From the NCBI RefSeq assembly GCF_006861675.1, contig NZ_SGJB01000009.1, forward strand, positions 1,777 through 25,776: DNA of 24,000 nt, read 5' to 3'. The notes beneath the pieces are model-generated. The model saw nothing but the letters and a program-made list of their open reading frames with translations, ran no database searches and was not told the origin of the DNA. Positions 10,432-18,720 of this stretch are shown piece after piece. Source of the DNA: Peptacetobacter hominis (GTDB lineage: Bacteria > Bacillota > Clostridia > Peptostreptococcales > Peptostreptococcaceae). The position numbers were made by a program, and so were the translations under genes. How positions within the stretch are numbered: the stretch's first letter is position 1; every line of letters starts with the position of its first letter.

Positions 10432-10710
10432 TTAGCTTACCTTAAGGTTTTTATCCTCTGGTTCACTGTTTTTAAAAACCCGAAGCTTTACATTTGATGT
10501 AAGAAGATCTGAATAACTGTATGATATTCTTGAATCATCATTTCTTCCATCTTCAATTCTTACTACAAATACGCTTGGATATACTTTCTCAAGTACCCCT
10601 CTTTTAGTGACAATCTGCTTTCTCCCTTTATTAGCCTTTAGTAATATCCTCTTTCCTAAATGCTTTTCTAGACTTTCTCTTATTTTATCTAAAGTCTGGA
10701 CTGTTGCCAT
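10432..10710 (-). CDS. veg: Veg family protein
   Basis: 92 aa; LDKIRESLEKHLGKRILLKANKGRKQIVTKRGVLEKVYPSVFVVRI...RISYSYSDLLTSNVKLRVF matches the Veg signature; classic veg-ispE adjacency. Confidence 0.92.
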   Translation of the reverse strand: MATVQTLDKIRESLEKHLGKRILLKANKGRKQIVTKRGVLEKVYPSVFVVRIEDGRNDDSRISYSYSDLLTSNVKLRVFKNSEPEDKNLKVS

Positions 10711-10987
10711 TATATCACCTTCCCACTTTTCCTATGTTTACATAATAGCACAAATTTTCAGTCAAGTCAATGTATAACTATTTATTTTATAAATTTTTTT
10801 GTATTTTGTCAATATAATTTCATATATAATACAGTATTCCTTATATTTTATTATTTATATATATTTTTACTATTTTCGTTTTCATTTTAACAATTTTATT
10901 TTGTTAACAGATGAAATTTCATTTATAATAGTATATAGAGATATAATGTCTCTACATAAATTAAAATCTATATTTACGGTGATTAAA

Positions 10988-11848
10988 ATGAAAATAGAAA
11001 AACTTCATTATTTCGAAAGCGTTGCCAGAAATAAAAATTTCACAAAAGCAGCGAAGGAATGTCATATTGCCCAACCTGCAATAAGCCATCATATACACAG
11101 TCTTGAAGATGAACTCGGAACTCCACTTTTTATAAGAAACAGTAGAAATGTATCCCTTACTCCACGGGGAGAGGTTTTTTATGAAGAAGTGGTAAAAATT
11201 CTCAAAGCATATGAGGATGCTGTTATGAAAACAAAATTCAGCTCTATGTATTCCAAGGGAAAACTGTCTATAGGCATGTATGGTTTCAGTTCTTTAAACA
11301 TACTTGATGCCACAGTTTCTTCTCTTAAATCAAAATATCCTCATGCTGATATATCGTTCGACAGATGTCAGGATGTATGTTATGCGAACTATTTATTGGA
11401 AGGCAAATACGATGTTATTCTTGCCTACGTTTCTCCATCACTTACTCTTCCTGACGAAATTGCCTTCAAGGCTATCAGAAGCTGTCCTTTTGGAGTTATG
11501 ATTCCAAAGGAAAATCCACTTTCGACTAAAGTGAGTGTAAGTATGTCAGATATAGAAAACTCGGATTCAAATGTATATATACTGGACACACACACAGATT
11601 ATCTGGCAAGAACAAGCAATATAAAATCTTCAAGAATAAAATCAGAAGATGATATGGAGCTTTTACTTATTACAGGAAGCCTTAATAGAGGAATTGTTTT
11701 TACAACCAGACATGAAGCTCAGGAATTCAGAAATAGTACTATGGTTTTCAGAGAGTTATCCGATGAGGGAATTATGTCATCTCAGGGTATATACTATCTT
11801 AAAGATCATAACAACTGGGTTCTTACACGGCTTTTAGACTATTTATAA
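10988..11848 (+). CDS. LysR-family transcriptional regulator
   Basis: MKIEKLHYFESVARNKNFTKAAKECHIAQPAISHHIHSLEDELGTPLFIRNSRNVSLTPRGEVF is a canonical LysR wHTH; type 2 periplasmic-binding-like effector domain follows. The longer ORF start at 10799 is an AT-rich non-coding extension. Confidence 0.92.
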   Translation: MKIEKLHYFESVARNKNFTKAAKECHIAQPAISHHIHSLEDELGTPLFIRNSRNVSLTPRGEVFYEEVVKILKAYEDAVMKTKFSSMYSKGKLSIGMYGFSSLNILDATVSSLKSKYPHADISFDRCQDVCYANYLLEGKYDVILAYVSPSLTLPDEIAFKAIRSCPFGVMIPKENPLSTKVSVSMSDIENSDSNVYILDTHTDYLARTSNIKSSRIKSEDDMELLLITGSLNRGIVFTTRHEAQEFRNSTMVFRELSDEGIMSSQGIYYLKDHNNWVLTRLLDYL

Positions 11849-11877
11849 GGGTGATAGATTATCTTTCACCCTTTTTT
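11847..11877 (+). terminator. Factor-independent terminator after the LysR gene
   Basis: AAGGGTGATAGAT-t-ATCTTTCACCCTT stem followed by a T tract, overlapping the stop codon of the LysR gene. Confidence 0.8.
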
Positions 11878-11887
11878 GTATAAAGAA

Positions 11888-11909
11888 TTTGTCACTCGAT
11901 TTTGACAAA
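11888..11909. promoter_or_regulatory. Putative operator dyad 1 upstream of the PTS genes
   Basis: TTTGTCA (11888-11894) - N8 - TGACAAA (11903-11909), perfect 7-bp inverted repeat; contains a perfect TTGACA -35-like hexamer at 11902-11907. Confidence 0.5.
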
Positions 11910-11927
11910 AGCTTTACTGATTTATAG

Positions 11928-11948
11928 TTTGTCATTCCCCCTATGACA
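11928..11948. promoter_or_regulatory. Putative operator dyad 2 upstream of the PTS genes
   Basis: TGTCAT (11930-11935) - N7 - ATGACA (11943-11948); its left TTTGTCA half (11928-11934) repeats that of dyad 1 exactly 40 bp downstream. Confidence 0.45.
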
Positions 11949-12012
11949 TTATCGTAATTTTTAAATTTCGAATATTTATATATAATGAATTTAACGAAAG
12001 GAGATATGATTT

Positions 12013-12456
12013 ATGAATTTAGTTACAAAAGAAAACGTTAATTTTAACCTGAATACAACTACTAAGGAAGAAACATTAAAAGAACTTGCTTCTATGGCAT
12101 TTAAACTTGGAAAAGTTTCTGATTCAGATACATTTTTCAAGGCTCTATGTGAAAGAGAAACCGAAAGTACTACTGGATTTGGAAATGGAATAGCGATACC
12201 ACATGCAAGACATGCGTGTGTCAAAGAAGCTGGTATACTTTTTGTAAGATGTTCAAATGATATTGAATGGGAATCACTTGATGGAGATCCTGTAAATGTC
12301 TGTGTGTGTCTTATAGCTCCAGATGATCAGAATGATTTTCATCTTAAAACACTTTCAAAATTTGCAAGAAAACTTATGCATGAAGATTTTGTAGATGTCC
12401 TTAAAAATGCTTCAGAAGAGGATGTTCTTAAATCAATAAATGAAGTGATAGCTTAA
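12013..12456 (+). CDS. PTS fructose-family transporter subunit IIA
   Basis: 147 aa; NFNLNTTTKEETLKELASMAFKLGKVSD...RETESTTGFGNGIAIPHARH (phospho-His site in IPHAR). Preceded by GAAAGGAG RBS. Confidence 0.93.
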   Translation: MNLVTKENVNFNLNTTTKEETLKELASMAFKLGKVSDSDTFFKALCERETESTTGFGNGIAIPHARHACVKEAGILFVRCSNDIEWESLDGDPVNVCVCLIAPDDQNDFHLKTLSKFARKLMHEDFVDVLKNASEEDVLKSINEVIA

Positions 12457-12491
12457 TAATTTTTAAATTTCATAAGGGGGTAATTTTTCAA

Positions 12492-13961
12492 ATGAAGAAT
12501 CTTAAAATAGTAGCTATAACAAACTGCCCTGCAGGTATAGCTCATACCTATATGGTTGCTGAAGCTTTTGAAAAAAAAGCCAGAGAACTTGGTCATGAGA
12601 TACATGTTGAAACACAGGGTGCAAGTGGTGTAGAAAACAGACTTACAGATCAGCAGATTGCTGAAGCTGATTACGTTATACTTGCAGTCGGAAAGGGTCT
12701 TTCAGATTCAGACAAAGCAAGATTTGCAGGTAAAAAAGTAATAGATATGAAAGTCAGTGATGCTCTTAAAGAAGTAAAAACTATTTTCGATCATCTTGAA
12801 GAGAGAGCTGTCGTATATGACAGTGTTGATAATAGCAATAATAATTCCAATACTAATAATACTAAAATAAAACTAGGAAGCCAGAAAGCTGCTCGGGGAA
12901 GTATAATGTCTCACCTTATGGCTGGTATATCAGCTGCACTTCCTTTTGTTATCGGTGGTGGTGTACTTGTAGCACTTGCAAACGTACTTATGAGACTTGG
13001 TATGCCTTATACAAGCTTTGAAGATGGCGGTGCTTCTTTTGCATGGATAATGGAGCAGATTGGTTACCTTGGCTTTACATTCATGATACCTGTTATGGGT
13101 GGATACATAGCTTATAGTATAGCTGATAAACCGGGTCTTGCTCCTGCATTCATTATAACTTATTTTGCAAATAACAAAGATATGCTTGGAACTGAATCTG
13201 GATGTGGATTCCTTGGAGCAATATTCTTCGGTTTAACAATAGGTTATTTTGTAAAATGGATAAAATCATATAACTATCCACAGACTGTAAAATCACTTAT
13301 GAACCTTGTTATAATACCATTTGTTACAATATTTATATTTGGTGCGTTCACATTCTATCTTGTAGGACCATTCCTTGCCGGACTTATGGGAGGAATGCTT
13401 GAGTTCCTTAACAGTGTACCACCTCAGTATAAATATCCTCTAGCATTCCTTATAGGTGCAATGCTTGCATTTGATATGGGTGGACCAATAAATAAAATTG
13501 CCTGGTTCTTCTGCTTCTCTCTTGTTGCAGAGAAAATATTTACTTGGTATGCGATAGTCGGTGTTGTTGCATCTGTTCCACCTGTTGCTGCAGGTATAGC
13601 TGCTCTTCTTAGACCTAAAATGTTCTCTGAAGAGGAACACGATATGGCACTTTCCGCTATTATTGTTGGTGGTACAGTAGCCACAGAACCTGCAATACCA
13701 TTTGCAATGGCTGATCCAATCCCAATGATATCAGCAAATACTATAGCTGGTGGAATAACAGGTGTTCTTACTATAATGCTTGGCATAGAACGTATGGCTC
13801 CAGGACTTGGAGTATTTGACCCTCTTCTTGGTCTTATGACTCCTGGATGGGCATTCTATCTTGCATTTGCATTCGGTGTAGCACTTAATGTAATTCTTAT
13901 ACTTGTATTTAAACAGATGATGATGAAACATCGTGCTAAAAAAGCTGCTCTTGCAAAGTAA
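12492..13961 (+). CDS. PTS fructose-family transporter subunit IIBC
   Basis: EIIB domain NLKIVAITNCPAGIAHTYMVAEAFEKKARELGHEIHVETQGA; EIIC domain MSHLMAGISAALPFVIGGGVLVA... with multiple TM helices. GGGGG-containing RBS 12475-12480. Confidence 0.95.
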   Translation: MKNLKIVAITNCPAGIAHTYMVAEAFEKKARELGHEIHVETQGASGVENRLTDQQIAEADYVILAVGKGLSDSDKARFAGKKVIDMKVSDALKEVKTIFDHLEERAVVYDSVDNSNNNSNTNNTKIKLGSQKAARGSIMSHLMAGISAALPFVIGGGVLVALANVLMRLGMPYTSFEDGGASFAWIMEQIGYLGFTFMIPVMGGYIAYSIADKPGLAPAFIITYFANNKDMLGTESGCGFLGAIFFGLTIGYFVKWIKSYNYPQTVKSLMNLVIIPFVTIFIFGAFTFYLVGPFLAGLMGGMLEFLNSVPPQYKYPLAFLIGAMLAFDMGGPINKIAWFFCFSLVAEKIFTWYAIVGVVASVPPVAAGIAALLRPKMFSEEEHDMALSAIIVGGTVATEPAIPFAMADPIPMISANTIAGGITGVLTIMLGIERMAPGLGVFDPLLGLMTPGWAFYLAFAFGVALNVILILVFKQMMMKHRAKKAALAK

Positions 13962-13982
13962 AAAACATTTTTGAATAACTAT

Positions 13983-14014
13983 ACAAGTGTATCAATACGA
14001 TACACTTGTTTCTT
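13983..14014 (+). terminator. Factor-independent terminator after PTS IIBC
   Basis: Perfect 11-bp stem ACAAGTGTATC (13983-13993) / GATACACTTGT (13999-14009), 5-nt loop, followed by TTCTTT. Confidence 0.75.
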
Positions 14015-14056
14015 TATTCTTTTATAATCAATCTGTAATATGTGAGGTTTTTATTT

Positions 14057-15244
14057 ATGAAACATGATTTCGATAAAATAATAGATAGAAAAGGAACTTT
14101 TTGTACTCAATGGGATTATATACAAGACAGATTCGGAGTTAGCGATCTTCTTCCATTTTCCATATCTGATACCGATTTTAGAGCACCCAAAGAAATTATT
14201 GATGATCTTCAAAAGGTTCTCGAGCACGGAATTTTCGGGTATACAAGATGGAATCATCACGAATTCAAAAGTAAAATAAAGAAACACTATGAAAAATCTT
14301 TTAGCACTGGCATAGATGAAAACCGGGTATTGTATAGTCCAAGTGTAATGTATAGTGTATCTGTACTTATTCGTATGTTAAGCAAAGAAGATGATTTAAT
14401 ATCAGTCTTCGATCCTATGTATGATGCATTTATAAATGTAATTAAAAAAAATAATAGAATAATAAATCCTATTCCTCTTGATTTTGATAATGATTATAAA
14501 ATTGATTTTGATTATTTTGAAAAAAGTATTTCAAAAAGCAAAATACTACTTCTGTGTTCTCCACACAATCCAACCGGTAAAGTTTTTAGTAAAGAGGAGC
14601 TTGATAAAATAGTACTTCTATGTAAAAAATATAATGTTTTTATTATAAGCGATGAGATACACAGTGATATTGTACTTTGGGAAAATAGACATATTCCTAT
14701 TCTAAAATACTACAACATATATAAAAATATTATTCTTGTAAACTCCGCTTCAAAGACATTTAATATCCCTGCACTGGGAGGCTCTTATTTACTGGTTCCA
14801 TCTTCGGATATTAGAGAAGACTTTCTTATTCAGACAAGACAAAAGGATTTTGTAAATTCAGCGGCAATAATGGGTATGATTGCTACTATGAGTGCCTATG
14901 AAAAATGTGATTACTATATAGATGAACTTGTTTCTTATACAGAATCTAATATGATTCTTCTAAAAGAATTCTTTGAAACAGAATTTCCTTCTATTTCATT
15001 CAAAATGCCGCAATCTACTTATCTGGCATGGATAGATATGAGAAAAACAGGATTATCATCTGAAGAAATACAGAAACTTCTTGTTATTGATGGTAAAATA
15101 GGAATAATGTCAGGTGACGTGTATGGAGAAAACGGAACTGGATTCCTGAGAATGAATCTTGGGTGCCCAAGGAAAAAGTTACTTGATGGTATAGAAAAAA
15201 TAAAATATGCCTTTAGAAATATAGAGGGTGATAAAGATGCTTAA
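14057..15244 (+). CDS. MalY/PatB-family PLP-dependent aminotransferase / cystathionine beta-lyase (C-S beta-lyase)
   Basis: MKHDFDKIIDRKGTFCTQWDYIQDRFGVSDLLPFSISDTDFRAPKEI; LCSPHNPTGKVF; ISDEIHSDIV; PLP-lysine motif SASKTFNIPALGG; FLRMNLGCPR. ATG at 14057 has GTGAGG upstream; the GTG start at 14042 is less likely. Confidence 0.9.
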   Translation: MKHDFDKIIDRKGTFCTQWDYIQDRFGVSDLLPFSISDTDFRAPKEIIDDLQKVLEHGIFGYTRWNHHEFKSKIKKHYEKSFSTGIDENRVLYSPSVMYSVSVLIRMLSKEDDLISVFDPMYDAFINVIKKNNRIINPIPLDFDNDYKIDFDYFEKSISKSKILLLCSPHNPTGKVFSKEELDKIVLLCKKYNVFIISDEIHSDIVLWENRHIPILKYYNIYKNIILVNSASKTFNIPALGGSYLLVPSSDIREDFLIQTRQKDFVNSAAIMGMIATMSAYEKCDYYIDELVSYTESNMILLKEFFETEFPSISFKMPQSTYLAWIDMRKTGLSSEEIQKLLVIDGKIGIMSGDVYGENGTGFLRMNLGCPRKKLLDGIEKIKYAFRNIEGDKDA

Positions 15245-16976
15245 TGATAGACAATTGTCAATAATAGATCTTCTTTCAAAATCAGAAGTTCCTATATCTT
15301 CTGAAAATATTGCTGGAGTTGTTATGAAATCCAAAAGAACTATAATGAGGGATTTATCAACTATAAAGGAATTTCTCGAAAGCAATGATATAGGTCAGCT
15401 TATTGTGAATGTAAAAGGATCTGGATATAAAATAATAATAAATGATCGAAAAGCTTATAACAGTTTTATGGAAAAAATTATAAATGATGAGGAAGTAATT
15501 ATTTTTGAACTTATAAATAATGATTATCTTACTATAGAAAAATTATCCGATATTCTGTATTTATCAAGAATAAGTGTTTCAGAAAAATTAAACCTTATAA
15601 AAGAGAAATATTCTTCTTTTATGAATATAGAGGTTTCAAATAAAGGTCACCATCTAAATGAATCAACAGAGAAAAAATGTTTTTTATTAAGTTCCCTTAT
15701 AAGCGGAAATACAGGGTATTACTTGGATAAAATGAACATAACTTCTGCTGAATATGAAAAGTTATGCAATTGTATAGAACATAGTCCTGAGATAAAAGAG
15801 TATTTCCCAAACGTTATATCCTCAGATATAGCTGATTTGTTTATTTCATCTGTTGTATTTAAAGGGCAAAAGAATAAGGATACCAACACTGATTTTGAGC
15901 ATATTTTTGAATATTGTGATATAGATTTCACTCCTGAAAATATAGCTACATTATCTTCAATATCGGACTATTGTATATCTGTAAATCTGAATCTTAATAT
16001 ATCTCAAATAGAAAATGTACTTTCTCTTATCGAAGCTGAAAATTCAATACGATTTGATAATCCAAAACTTGCTTCTCAGCTTTATCATCATCTTAAGAGA
16101 ATTTTATGCTATCCAGCATATCTGAAAAATTACGAAGTTTATAATATATCTAATATCAAAGCACTTTATCCTTTTTCATTTGATCTTAGTATAATATTTA
16201 TAAATTATATGGAAAAATTATATGGATATCAGATTCCAAACAGAGATTTAATCGGGCTTTATTTTACTGTTGGTATGGAGGATATGAGAAATCACAAACA
16301 CAACATACTTATATACTCAAATATAAATTCTATTGCCAATATAAATAAGCAATTAATAGAATCCAGTGTTTCTAACTGTAATGTTGAGATAACAGATAGA
16401 CTTGATTTAGATAGCATTAAATCATTTTCGATAATACTCAATGGTACATCAAAAGATATACATACAGATATACCGGTTTTTTCTGCACCGTATATTTTAA
16501 GCGAAAATGAAATTTCAAATATAAAAGAAAAACTTGAAAATATAAGTATAAATAGAAATATACAGTCTATATTTCCAAAGGAGTACAGCTTTACATATTC
16601 TGTTAAGCCTTCTCAGACATATAGAGATATCCTTTCAGATATATGTAGAAAGCTCTGTGACTGTAACGCTATAAATGCAGATGAGGCTTCACGTATACTT
16701 GAAAGAGAAGCTTCCGGTAATTCTCTGGTAATAAACAATTTTTCAATTCCTCACTGTATAAGTAAAAAAGAAAATTTTTGTATGTGTATATATATACATC
16801 TTGATAAAAATGTCACTGTAGAGGGCAACAATATTTCAGATATACTTATCACCATGATGAGTGCAAGTATGACTAAAAATATAAATATTTTTAAATACAT
16901 ATATAGATATCTAAATGAAAATAAAGAAAAACTTTTGGATATCTCTTCTTATGATGAATTTATAAAATATATATAG
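15237..16976 (+). CDS. BglG/MtlR-like PRD-containing transcriptional regulator with HTH, PRD region and C-terminal EIIA-like domain
   Basis: HTH_11-like N-terminus LNDRQLSIIDLLSKSEVPISSENIAGVVMKSKRTIMRDLSTIKEFL; PRD-like LASQLYHHLKRILCYPAYLKN...ALYPFSFDLSIIFINYMEKLYGYQIPNRDLIGLYF; EIIA-like C-terminus with NNFSIPHCISKKENF. ATG at 15237 with GAGGGTG RBS; overlaps the MalY-like stop by 8 nt. Confidence 0.85.
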   Translation: MLNDRQLSIIDLLSKSEVPISSENIAGVVMKSKRTIMRDLSTIKEFLESNDIGQLIVNVKGSGYKIIINDRKAYNSFMEKIINDEEVIIFELINNDYLTIEKLSDILYLSRISVSEKLNLIKEKYSSFMNIEVSNKGHHLNESTEKKCFLLSSLISGNTGYYLDKMNITSAEYEKLCNCIEHSPEIKEYFPNVISSDIADLFISSVVFKGQKNKDTNTDFEHIFEYCDIDFTPENIATLSSISDYCISVNLNLNISQIENVLSLIEAENSIRFDNPKLASQLYHHLKRILCYPAYLKNYEVYNISNIKALYPFSFDLSIIFINYMEKLYGYQIPNRDLIGLYFTVGMEDMRNHKHNILIYSNINSIANINKQLIESSVSNCNVEITDRLDLDSIKSFSIILNGTSKDIHTDIPVFSAPYILSENEISNIKEKLENISINRNIQSIFPKEYSFTYSVKPSQTYRDILSDICRKLCDCNAINADEASRILEREASGNSLVINNFSIPHCISKKENFCMCIYIHLDKNVTVEGNNISDILITMMSASMTKNINIFKYIYRYLNENKEKLLDISSYDEFIKYI

Positions 16977-16990
16977 AAAGGTAATAAAAA

Positions 16991-18097
16991 ATGGATATTT
17001 TATCTATATTTCTTGATCTTGTGAAGCTTTCATCTCCATCAAAAAATGAAAGATGTGTGGCTGATTATATAAAAAAATCTCTTTCGTATTATAAAGATTA
17101 TCTCGATATATACGAAGATAATGCAGGAATACTTATCGATGGCAATTGCGGAAATATAATTGTCAAAATTGATGGACAAGGTGAACCAATAGCATTTGAT
17201 GCCCATATGGACACTGTAGAACCCTGCAATGCTATAAATCCTATTATAAAAGACTCTATAATATATACCAATGGTAATTCTATACTAGGTGCCGATGATA
17301 AAAGTGGTATTGCTGTAATGATTTCAATAATCCACGAAATAATAGAAAAAAAATTGCCTCATCCACCACTTACTTTTGTATTTAGTGTATGTGAAGAAAA
17401 AAGTCTTCAGGGAGCAAAAAACTTGGATTTGAATATTTTTGAAGATCATAAATATGTATTTGTCCTTGATGGTGAGGGTGATGTTGGCTCAATGATTTTA
17501 AAAACACCGTATGGATGTAAAGGCACTCTAAAAGTTATTGGAAAGGAAGCTCATGCAGGAGTATGTCCCGAAAATGGTATAAATGCATTATGCGTTGCTT
17601 CAGAAGCTATAACATCACTTAATTTCGGGAGAATAAATGAAAATACAACTTCAAATATTGGAGTAATTTCTGGTGGAACTGCTACAAATGTTGTAATGGG
17701 TTCCGTTGAAATGAAATTTGAAGCAAGAAGTTATCTGAAAGATGAGCTTATTTCTCTTATAGAAAATGTAAAAAATACTTTTAAAGAAATATGTTTATCT
17801 AATGGTGCTTCCTTTGAAGAAGACCTTAAGTACGGAACTCCAGGATACAATATATCTGAAGATGATGAAATCGTAAAAGATTTCAAAAAAGCATGTTCTA
17901 ATCTAAATTTAAAATTTAATCCGCTATCATGTGGTGGTGGATGTAATGCAAATGTATATAGAAAAAATGGAATAAATGCGGTAAATCTTGGACTGAATAT
18001 GAAGAATGTTCACTCTACAAAAGAACATATTTCTATAGAAGATCTTGAGAAAGCAAAAGCATTGTGTCTTGAACTTATAAAAATTCTTTCAGATTAA
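16991..18097 (+). CDS. M20-family metallopeptidase (PepT / tripeptidase T-like)
   Basis: AFDAHMDTVEPCNAI, ILGADDKSGIAVMISIIHEI, FSVCEEKSLQGAKNL, VLDGEG, KVIGKEAHAGVCPENGINAL, NVHSTKEHISIEDLEKA: the M20 metal-ligand and catalytic residues are in order. Confidence 0.9.
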   Translation: MDILSIFLDLVKLSSPSKNERCVADYIKKSLSYYKDYLDIYEDNAGILIDGNCGNIIVKIDGQGEPIAFDAHMDTVEPCNAINPIIKDSIIYTNGNSILGADDKSGIAVMISIIHEIIEKKLPHPPLTFVFSVCEEKSLQGAKNLDLNIFEDHKYVFVLDGEGDVGSMILKTPYGCKGTLKVIGKEAHAGVCPENGINALCVASEAITSLNFGRINENTTSNIGVISGGTATNVVMGSVEMKFEARSYLKDELISLIENVKNTFKEICLSNGASFEEDLKYGTPGYNISEDDEIVKDFKKACSNLNLKFNPLSCGGGCNANVYRKNGINAVNLGLNMKNVHSTKEHISIEDLEKAKALCLELIKILSD

Positions 18098-18099
18098 AA

Positions 18100-18131
18100 A
18101 ATGCTGCCCAATAATACTATTGGGCAGCATT
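18100..18131. terminator. Shared terminator between convergent genes (strongest on the minus strand)
   Basis: Perfect 14-bp stem AATGCTGCCCAATA / TATTGGGCAGCATT with a 4-nt loop; on the minus strand followed by TTTTT, on the plus strand only by TAACTTTAT. Confidence 0.85.
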
Positions 18132-18149
18132 AACTTTATACTTTAATAA

Positions 18150-18653
18150 CTATGCGTTTTTACCGCAGCATTTTTTATATTTCTTTCCACTTCCACAAGG
18201 ACATGGATCATTTCTTCCAACTTTGTTTTCTTTAACTACAGTCTTGCTTGTTTTGTACTTCTTAAGAAGTGCTTTTCTTGTATCTGCAGCAAGTATATCA
18301 TTCCATCCCTCTAACTCATATAACCAGTTAGCTTCTGCTGCACACATGTTGTAGTATAATTTTTCCCAGTCTATTTTTAAAGATATAGCTTTATCAGCTT
18401 CTATAGCGTCAAGATCTATATCCTCCTGAAGACTTTCGCTTATTCCATCTATGAATCCCATGAAGTATTCAGCATTTGTTGAATATTTTTCAGCAAGTTC
18501 AGCTGGAGTTCCTTCTACAACCTGAGTTTTATTGTTTAATATTTCATTATATATATTTCTTTCTACTGATAAGTACTCTTTCCAGAACTCTATTTCAGCT
18601 TCCTGACTTTCATGATTTTCACTTAAATTTTTCCATGCTTCATATAATCCCAT
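18150..18653 (-). CDS. SEC-C metal-binding motif protein
   Basis: C-terminal [26 protein letters not shown] is a canonical SEC-C motif; about 140-aa N-terminal region not recognised. Confidence 0.85.
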   Translation of the reverse strand: MGLYEAWKNLSENHESQEAEIEFWKEYLSVERNIYNEILNNKTQVVEGTPAELAEKYSTNAEYFMGFIDGISESLQEDIDLDAIEADKAISLKIDWEKLYYNMCAAEANWLYELEGWNDILAADTRKALLKKYKTSKTVVKENKVGRNDPCPCGSGKKYKKCCGKNA

Positions 18654-18720
18654 GATTTTTCCTCCTAATAATAATTATTTTATTTGCATTTCATCATGTT
18701 CCTGTTTCACGGTATAACTA

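Noticed and set aside
10799-10987. 63-residue N-terminal extension of the LysR ORF in the ORF track
   Set aside because: Extension is Ile/Tyr/Phe-rich translation of A/T-rich intergenic DNA; the conserved LysR start MKIEKLHYF is at 10988.
13424-13786. 120-aa minus-strand ORF inside PTS IIBC
   Set aside because: Antisense to transmembrane coding sequence of EIIC; shadow ORF.
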